Source: the human T2T-CHM13v2.0 reference genome, Homo sapiens. Taken from it: DNA of 64,000 nucleotides. Numbering within the stretch: position 1 is the first letter of the stretch; every line of letters begins with the position of its first letter. Position numbers and translations under genes: made by a program. The notes beneath the pieces are model-generated. The model was given only the letters and a program-made list of their open reading frames with translations. It did not search any database and was not told the DNA's origin. The stretch lies in assembly GCF_009914755.1 (NCBI RefSeq), contig NC_060929.1. One strand, written 5' to 3'. This document shows positions 53,058-64,000 of this stretch, one piece after another.

Positions 53058-53440
53058 TGTATTAATCATTTGTGTTGTGGTAATAATCAACCCATACATC
53101 TCAATAGTTTATGACACAAAGGTTTATTTATCATTGATGTCTGATTTTGGTAGCTATAGGTCTCTGCTTGATGTGTCCTTTCATTCAAGGATCTAGGATG
53201 AAGATGAGGCACCTGTCTGGGACACATAATTCTCAGGGCAATGGAGACAGAAAATAACAAGATTTCTGCTTGGACTTGTGTATCTCACTTCTGATCACAT
53301 GTCATTGGCCAAAGTCCAATGTTGCTGGGGAATTTCTATTCCACACAGTAGGCATATAAAGTTTCTTAGAAATGCATGAGACTCATAATCCTCTTTCAAA
53401 AAGAAGAAGTAAATTTTAGGGACCACCATGCAATCTTTCA
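53058..53440 (-). mobile_element. Old MLT1 (I/J-like) LTR
   Basis: tgtattaatca...atctcaatagttta...aaaggtttattt...tcacttctgatcacatgtcattggccaaag. Confidence 0.65.
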
Positions 53441-53664
53441 TCATCCTGTTTTTGTCACTTTTACTTCACACACTGTCACACTCACCTTGGAAGATATTCT
53501 GAGGTCATGCCAGATGATGATGTGTTCCACAGAGGAACAGGAAAGCTGAAGAGTTGTATTTCTGCCAAAAGTATGGTTGAGTAAATTGAATAATCAAAGT
53601 TTTTTAACCTTCTTTAATGCCAAAAGTTCTGCATTTTCGTTAAATTTATGCCACTTAAATTATC

Positions 53665-53990
53665 TTGTTTTATCTTTTATTTTAGGTTCAGAGTTACATG
53701 TGCAGATTTGTTACATAGGCAAATGCATGTCATGGTGGTTTGGTCAGATAATTTTGTCACTGGGGAAATAGCGTAGTTACCCAGGTAATAAGCATAGCAC
53801 ACAATAGGTATTTCTTCTGCTCCTCTCCCTCCTCTCATCCTCCATCCTCATGAGAGCCTCAATGTCTGTTGTTCCCCTAGCACCCATGTGTTCTCATTGT
53901 TTAGCTCCCACTTATAAGTGAGAGCATACAGTATTTGCTTTTCTGTTCCCGTATTAGTTTGCTTAGGACAATGGCCTCTAGCTCTATACA
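53665..53990 (-). mobile_element. L1PA15/16-like 3' end
   Basis: ttttattttaggttcag...acatgtgcagatttgttacatagg...tttagctcccacttataagtgag...tttgcttagga. Confidence 0.88.
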
Positions 53991-54959
53991 TTTCATCTTT
54001 TAATTGTTTGATAAAATCATAGGTTTATGAATATTATTTCTGTATAGAATTTTGAAAAGGACAATAAATATAAATATGAGATGCTTCAATTAACCATGGG
54101 ATTAAACTGGGAGCCAAATCTGACACCAGATGAATTCTGAGTATCGATTTCTCAGTTGAATAGAAAGAGCTATTTAATTCCAATCAGTTCTATGCAAAAT
54201 AGACAACTCACAAAAGAATTTTCTATGAAACATTAGAATTTGTCAGACTATGTGATTTTTCTCCATTTGTATGCAGAGTATATGCAAGTCAGACTGCAGA
54301 TCCTGAAACTGTCAATATCATGTACCACATTGATTAATAACAGTCTGCTTATACTTCTTATCCAAATAGCTATCATCGTCAATCAATAGAATGTCTGTTA
54401 AAATTCTTGCACTATTGAATAACAAAGGATACAAAGAGTAAGTTTTCTTACCTAGAGGATAGAAAGTAAACATGTTGCAATGGTTATGTAATGCTTTTTA
54501 TAAAACTCAAAACATAAAGTGTAATTGTTCTGCATAAAAAGCACTGAAAATGTACTGATTGCCCTAAATAAGAAGTAAAAACTCTAGAAATAAAACTGTA
54601 CTATACATATATTCATGGCTATATTTTGCCACTTTGCATTCAAATAGAAAAGTGTACATGTGGTGAAAATGTCCTTTTTTTCTTGAATTTTAAATCAAAA
54701 TAACTGATGTACAGTTTTCAGTGTGATATCATATAAGACACAGATTTAATTTCATTTTTCATCATCAATAGTATAATTCATTAAAGGGAACCAGAAGCTG
54801 AACTATAAAGGGAATGTCCCTTGGGTACTGGCAGGGGACAAACTGAAGTTTTTCAGGAACTTCAAAATAGGTAATACCACTATAAATTTTCCAACATCCT
54901 TTCATTTTGTAATAATTCATTTCATAAGTATAGAGAACATTTGAAAAAGCTTCTGACAT

Positions 54960-55140
54960 GGGGAGCAGTATTACAGACAGTGCTTGCTACATTTGCATCT
55001 GAACTGTGTAGTTACGAGCAAGTCAATTAAGCTATTTGAGCTTCATGTGTAAAATGGGGTAAGACATACCTTGAAATATTATGAGAATTAGAGAGGACGC
55101 ATATAAAGAACCTGGCATAGTGGTTGGCATGTAAGTAGAA
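54960..55140 (+). mobile_element. MIR
   Basis: catgtgtaaaatgggg...atgagaattaga...cctggcatagt. Confidence 0.65.
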
Positions 55141-55489
55141 ACCAATTTTTGGAAGTTTCCTTTGTTAAGATTGATTTTAATGTTTATTAATCTGAAAAGG
55201 TGTTAAAACTTTAATATGCTACTCTGTTGCTTTGAATACACTCTTTTAAAAATAAGCCTTTTGGGAATGCACTCTACGTAAGATATGATGACTTTAATTT
55301 CTAACCCATTGTCAATATGCTACTGGGAAGGGACAACAGTGGATTTAGCCGTAATAAAAATTAGAGGTATTCGGTTGTTACTTTTGTAACTGTTTGAATG
55401 AAAAAATAGAGTCCTAGGCATTCTGGACATATTGACATATATGGAACAAGCAGAGACATCTCTCTGCAGTTTTTTCCTTATGGAAAGTA

Positions 55490-56264
55490 TGATACATTGG
55501 GAAATAGATAGTTGGTCATTGACCCCAGTTCTTAACAGAGCTCCTAAATTCCTTTTAATTTCTTGAGTGATAAGGGTAATAAAAACTTTTTCATATTGAG
55601 GCGACTCTTGGTGAGCCCTAACCAGCTTCAGAAGGGGGACTCATCACCAGAACAACTAAGGCATGATTATTTTGTCAGAACCTTCAGTCCCACCCTCACA
55701 ACCACTAAAGAGGAGAAAACGGCTGGAAGTTGAATTAATCCCCAAAGGCCAATGATTTAATCAATTATATATATGTAATAGAACCTCTTTAAAACATGGG
55801 ATTCAGAAAGATTTTGGATAGGTAAACACATGGAGGTGCTAGAAGAATGGAGTCCTTGGAGAAGCATGGACGCTTCATGCCCCTTCGCACACACCTTTTC
55901 CTATTCAACTCTTCCATTTGGTTCTAGGTCAGTTTTATTATCTATTTAAAAAAAAAAGTAATAGCAAGTAAAGCATTTTCTGGAGTCCTGTGAGGCATTC
56001 CAGCAAATTATCAAACCTAAGGCAGAGGACATGGGAACCCTTTGTACAGGCAATCAGTCAGATGTACGGGTGGAAACCTGGGACTTTTGACTAATATCTG
56101 AGTGGAGGCAGTTGTATGGACTGAGCCCTTAACATGTAGGGTCTGCATTAACTCCAAGTAGTAGCAGGATCTCAGTGGATTGCAGGACACCCAGTTGGTG
56201 TCCAGAAAGTTGGAGAATTAGTTGGTATAGGAGAAAACGTCTACATATTTGATGTCAGAAGTGT
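55490..56264 (+). mobile_element. MER21-family LTR
   Basis: cagagctcctaaa...gccaatgatttaatcaatta...cacatggaggtgct...ggacacccagttggtgtc...atttgatgtcagaagtgt. Confidence 0.82.
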
Positions 56265-56894
56265 GGGAAAGGAAGTGGAAAGGGTATTGGCAACAAACAA
56301 ACAACAACAAAAAAACACTACTCGGACAGATATTCCAGCTAATTTATAACTCTCAAAAAGAAGGGAAATATTGGGAAAATAGAATTCCAAAGCAATTTGA
56401 CAAACAGGGCAGAGAATGAAGCTTTTTAAATGTTTTGCTTAGTCAAGGAATTTTAATGGTGTTTTGAAGCCCCAAAGGGATTAGAAGTAGGGAGAGATGC
56501 TATTCATGTGATATCCTAAACATTATTAGCAACAGGGGAAATCAAAACTGGAACAAGTATACTGGTTAACAGCAAAGGTTTAGTACAAGGAGGTGTTAAA
56601 TTCTTATCTAGGGCTCTAAAACATTTCAATCTTATTTCTTATAGTTTCTATTCTGATATATATATACGTAATTATTAAAAACACACTGGTTTGCTTTTAC
56701 CCTAAAATTGTCATGAGCCACACCGAAGGCAGTACCATTCACTTCTAAGAACAATATTTTCTAGGACCAATCCAAGCAAAGCTTGCTTTAAAATAACTGC
56801 AAATATAACTTGGATATATGAGGAATAGTAAAAGAAATGGGATTATTTGTCTGGAGAAGAAACATTTGCCTAATAATTGCTTTAAAAGTTCTAT

Positions 56895-58637
<1,743 letters not shown>

Positions 58638-58714
58638 AATATGGGGGAGTCTTGGGAAATGTGGGCATTTTGAAACTGGAAGGAAAGTGAATTATTTGTG
58701 ATCAGAGAGTAGAC

Positions 58715-59152
58715 TGTAGATTCTTAAAATGTTTACAATTATCCCTCCTCCCATTAAAAGGCAGAATCCATTTTTCCACCTCTTGAATCAAGGTTAGCAA
58801 TACAATTTGCCAGGTAAATAAGACATTAGCAAATGATACAAGCACAGAGTTGAAAAGCTCTTGCACGTTAGAGCTTACACACTTGCTGCTCCTGGGACTT
58901 TGCCCCTGCCACTATGTGAATACATCCATTGCAGCATACTGGCTAATGAGAAACATATGGTCCAGTCACATACCCCATTTGAGAGGTGGTTAACCACCAG
59001 TCATATGAATAAAGCCATCCAAGATTATCCAGGCCCTGAAGGCCTGCCAGGTAATAACAGAGGAATGGCCTAGCACAAATTGCCTAGCTAGACAAAACGT
59101 TTTTTGTTTCAAACCACTATAATTTGTTACGCAACGAAGGTAGACCAATACA
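58715..59152 (+). mobile_element. MLT1G-like LTR
   Basis: ctcctcccattaaaaggcagaatccatttttccacctcttgaatc...ttgaaaagctcttgcac...tttgttacgcaac...aataca. Confidence 0.75.
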
Positions 59153-60927
59153 CAAAACTAACATATCTCTAAACAAACATTAAATATAATATTAAGACAA
59201 TGGCATGAATGTCTTCTATACCTCTTGTTAGAAGTTTGGAAAGCTACATCGTTGGAATTTAGATATTTTATTTGCTTAAAGAAAAACATTTTCATCAGGA
59301 GGGTTGAAACATTTTAAAACATGATGGTCTACACTAGCCTGTGTAGTACTATCTTAAAAAGTAAAGTGAATTAATTATACTGCACAAAAAGGATTAAAGT
59401 TGAGAGATCTGGCTGTTGGTGGTGGTTGTTTTTCCAGTAATCTTTAGGTACATAGCCGCCCTAGAGTATGAAACTCAACTGTTCTAGTCCTCTGCTGTTC
59501 AATAAGTAATATAAAGGGGGTTGGAAGAGATGATACCCGAGTTTAAATCTAAGATTTTTTGGTTTTCTGATTTCATTTCAAATTTTGAGGTCCAATTTTT
59601 CTTCTGTCAATCAAACTATGTTTTCCATAACACTTAAACTTACGTAACTATATTCTTTAATCTAAGTATGTACTGAAGATTTATATTTCAAGAAAGAAAA
59701 TAAGTACAAATGTAGTTTGTTCACTCTACCTATCTTTAGAAAGAGAGATAGAGATTTGTATTTTCTAACATTTTATAACTGGGAGTTTCACTAATCAGTT
59801 CATTAAAATAGTTTATTAAACCCCTATTATATGTAAAGCATTTGTGCTTGACACTTTATAGGTTACAAAAAATGTTAGATCTAGAAATTTTCCTCAAAGA
59901 GCTTTCTACTAGTTAGAAGAGGTATTTACTTATTAAAAAGCAAATACAAGGTAAAACATTAAAATATATGACAAGTACCAGAGACACACCACATAGATTA
60001 TTATATGGAATTAATAAATAAGAAATGCTGAGAAAAGTTTAATGTTAAATTCATGAGGTGCTACACACACATAGTAAATGTTATTTAAGTGTTATATGTT
60101 TATGTATAGATAGTAAGTGGCTAGGAATAATTAGCTACTTGACATGAATGGCTCTGAAAAAGAGATAAAAGTCAGCTACCTCTTTTTAAAAGTCAGCCAA
60201 CTTCCTGCCAGGGCATTCCATCCATTAATCAGTTTTCAGAATTGAAACAAAATTTGCTGAAAAGTTTATTTCCTCAAATATTTAAATGCAGTGTTGCCAT
60301 GGTATTTTATATTATGGATGAACTTTAACACAAGAAGTCTTGTTGGCATATTTTAATCACATCCCTCACATGTTGAGCCTGCTCTGCTTTCAAATGGCTG
60401 CATTATCATAGAAATAAACGCATAAACTTCATATTTATGTGGCGTACTGGTGTACTGGCGTGCTGGTGGATCTAACCCCAGAGATTGTTACACAGTAGGC
60501 AGTCCAAGAATCTTCTTGGAATAAATAAATATGTCAAAAGTAATTTTAAAATTTGTAGACTACTAAAGGCAGTGTTTTTTAAATGCAAAGCTAGTAGGTA
60601 CTGTTGTTCAGCCTAGAATTTCTTCTTTAAATATAATAAAAAGTATAAAGCCACCAAAGTAAAAATCCAAAAACTGGAAGTTGAAGATTACTTTGAATTT
60701 TATTTCAAATACATAAAGATTTACAAAGCCATGACATTAATCTAAAGAGGCTCTTAAACAAAATAAAGATTTTATGTAAAATTTATATGTAAAAAAGAAC
60801 TAATTTTCCCAACTTAACTTCCAGCAGAGACAGGCTTGAAAATTAAAAGCAGAGATGAGGGAGGAAATGGGAGAAATACAAAGGGAATTTAGAATCAAGT
60901 CTTAAAATTATGCCAAGGTACTATACT

Positions 60928-63900
60928 ATTTTTTTAATTTTTGTTATTTTTATACTTTAAGTTTTGGGATACATGTACAAAACATGCAGGTTTGTTACAT
61001 AGGTATACATGTGCCATGGAGGCTTGCTGCACCTATTGACCCATCCTTTAAGTTCCCTCCCCTCGCCCCCCACCACTAACAGGCCTGGTGTGTGTTGTTC
61101 CCTTCCCTGTGTCCATGTGTTCTCATCGATCGACTCCCACTTATGAGTGAGAACACGCAGTGTTTGGTTTTCTGTTCCTGTGTTAGTTTTCTGAGGATGA
61201 TGGCTTCCAGCTTCATCCATGTCCCTCCAAAGGAAATGATCTCGTTCCTTTTTATCGCTGCATAGTATTCCATGGTGTATAGGTACCACATTTTCTTTAT
61301 CCAGTCTATCATTGATGGGCATTTGAGTTGGTGTCTTTGCTATTGTAAACAGTATTACTATAAACATATGTGTGCATGTGTCTTTATAGTAGAATGACTT
61401 ATAATCCTTTGGGTATATACCCAGTAATGGGACTGCTGGGTCAAATGGTATTTCTGGTTCTAGAGTCTTGAGGAATCGCCACACTGTCTTCCACAATGGT
61501 TGAACAAATTTACATTCCTACCAAAAGTGTAAAAGTATTCCTATTTCTCCACTGCCTCGCCAGCATCTATTGTTTCACTTTTTAATAACTGCCATTCCGA
61601 CTGGCATGAGATGGTATCTCATTGTGGTTTTGATTTGCATTTCTTTAATGATCAGCAATGCTGAGCTTTTTTTCGTATGTTTGTTGGCCGCATAAATGTC
61701 TTCTTCTGAGAAGTGTCTGCTCATATCCTTTGCCCACTTTTTGATGGGGTTTTTTCTTGCAAATTTGTTTAAGTTTCTTATAGATTCTGGATATTAGACC
61801 TTTGTCAGCTGGGTAGACTGCAAAAATATTCTCCCATTCTGTAGGTTGCCAGTTCACTCTGATGATCTTTTCTTTTGCTGTGCAGAAGCTCTTTAGTTTA
61901 GTTAGATACCACTTGTCAATTTTTGGCTTTTTTTGCAATTGCTATTGGCATCCTCATCATGAAGTCTTTGTCCATGTCTATGTCCTAAATGGTATTGCTG
62001 GGTTTTCTTCTAGGGTTTTTATGGTTTTGGATTTTACATTTAAGTCTTTAATCCATCTTGAGTTAATTTTTGTATAAGGTGTTAAGGAAGGGATCCAGTT
62101 TCAGTTTTCTCCATATGGCTAGCCAGTTTTCCCAGTACCATTTATTGAATAGGAGATCCTTTCCCCATTGCTTGTTTTATTCAGGTTTGTTGAAGATCGG
62201 GTGACTGTAGATGTATGGTGTTATTTCTGAGGTCTCTGTTCTGTTCCATTGGTCTATATGTCTGTTTTGGTACCAGTACCATGCTGTTTTGGTTACTGTA
62301 GGCTTGTGGTATAGTTTGAAGTCAGGTAACGTGATGCTTTCAAGCTTTGTTCTTTTTGCTTAGAATTGTCTTGGCTACATGGGCTCTTCTTTGGTTCCAT
62401 ACGAAATTTAAAGTAGTTTTTTCTAATTCTGTGAAGAATGTCAATGGTACCTTGATGGGAATACTGTCGAATCTATAAATTACTTTGGGCATTATGGCCA
62501 TTTTCATGATATTGATTCTTCCTATCCATGAGAATGGAATGTTTTTTTCCATTTGTTTTTGTCCTCTCTTATTTCCTTGAGCAGTGGTTTGTAGTTCTCC
62601 TTGAAGAGGCCTTTCACATCACTTGTTAGCTGTATTCCTTTGTAGCAATTTTGAATGAGATTTCATTCATGATTTGGCTCTCCACCTGTCTATTGTTGGT
62701 GTAAAGGAATGCTTATGATTTTTGCACATTGATTTTTGTATCCTGAGACTTTACTGAAGTTGCTTATCAGCTTAAGAAGTTTTTTGGCTGAGATGATGGG
62801 ATTTATAAATATAGAACCATGTTGTCTACAACCAATGAAAATTTGACTTCCTCTCCTCCTATTTGAATACTCTTTATTTCCTTCTCTTGCCTGATTGCTC
62901 TGGCTAGAACTTACAATATGATGTTGTATAGTAGTGGTGAGAGGGGGCATCCTTGTCTTGTACTGGTTTTCAATGGGAATTCTTCCATGTTCTGCCCATT
63001 CAATATGATATTGGCTGTGGGTTTGTCATAAATATCTCTTATTATTTTGAGATATGTTCCATCAATACCTAGTTTATTGAGAGTTTTTAACATGAAGGAA
63101 TGTTGAATTTTATCAAAGGCCTTTTCTGCATCTACTGAGATAATCATTTAGTTTTTGTCTTTGGTTTTGTTTATGTAATGGATTATGTTTATTAACTTGT
63201 ATAGGTTTAACCAGCCTTGCATGCCAGGGATGAAGCTGACTTGATCGTGATAAGTTTTTTGATGTGCTGCTGGATTCAGTTTGCCAGTATTTTATTGAAG
63301 ATTTTCACATCAATGTTCATCAGGGATATTGGCCTGAAGTTTTCTTTTTGTTGTGTCTCTGCCAGGTTTTGGTATTAGGATGATGCTGGCTTCAAAAGAT
63401 GAGTTAGGTAGGAGTCCCTCCTTTTCAATTGTTTGGAATTGTTTCAGAAGGAATGTTACCAGCTCCTCTTTCTACCTCTGGTAGAATGCAGCTGTGAAAC
63501 ACTGTGAATCCATCTAGTCCTGGGTTTTCTTTTTGGTTGCTAGGCTATTAATTGCTGCCTCAATTTTGGAAGTTGTTATTGGTCTATTCAGGGATTCGAC
63601 TTCTTCCTGGTTTAGTCTTGGGAGGGTGTGTCTAGGAATTTATCCATTTCTTCTAGATTTTCTAGTTTATTTGCACGGAGGTTTCATAGTATTCTCTGAT
63701 TTTAGTTTGTATTTCTGTCAGGTCAGTGGTAATATCCTGTTTAATATTTTTTATTGTGTCTATTTGATTCTTCTCTCTTTTCTTCTTTACTAATCTAGTG
63801 GTCTATCTACTTTGTTAATTTTTTCAAAAACCCAGCTCTTGGATTCATTGATTTTTTGGAGCATTTTTCATGTCTCTGTCTCCTTCAATTCTGCTCTGAG

Positions 63901-64000
63901 TTTACTTATTTCTCGTCTTCTGCTAGCTTTTGGATTAGTTTGTTCTTCCTTCTCTAGCTCTTTTCATTGTGATGTTAGGGTATTGATTTGAGATCTTTCT
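60928..64000 (-). mobile_element. L1PA8-like element (3'UTR plus decayed ORF2), continuing past the window end
   Basis: Poly(T) tail, 3'UTR taagttccctcccctcgcccccc, ORF2 fragments including RT motifs [14 protein letters not shown] and [11 protein letters not shown], broken by stops and frameshifts. Confidence 0.96.

Noticed and set aside
60440-60468. (TGGYGTRC)x3.5 short tandem repeat
   Set aside because: Too short, no spacers; an ordinary micro-duplication and not CRISPR-like
60957-63147. Longest ORFs (up to 179 aa) with RT/ORF2 similarity
   Set aside because: Frameshifted fragments of a dead L1PA ORF2, not a gene or a novel reverse transcriptase system

Overview
Primate genomic DNA, most likely human or another hominoid (AluS and L1PA3-type elements are present). 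It is AT-rich, CpG-depleted and reads as intergenic or deep-intronic sequence. No protein-coding gene, tRNA, rRNA or CRISPR array can be supported. The listed ORFs are chance ORFs or decayed L1/ERV fragments. Roughly half the window is recognisable transposon relics: MIR, L2, L1 (two with twin-priming 5' inversions), two Alus, MaLR LTRs (THE1C, MLT1, a complete MSTB provirus with TSD), ERVL/ERV1 LTRs, an ERVL gag/pol relic and hAT-Charlie MITEs. The non-repeat signals of most interest are: candidate + strand spliced non-coding exons (645-709, 29278-29427, 30451-30546), a - strand exon candidate and a recursive-splice-like motif, a ~305-bp dispersed duplication, a 46-bp dispersed direct repeat, and a fold-back insertion inside an L1. 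I found no convincing new biological system. Subfamily names come from remembered consensus sequences, not a search, and boundaries of old repeats are approximate.
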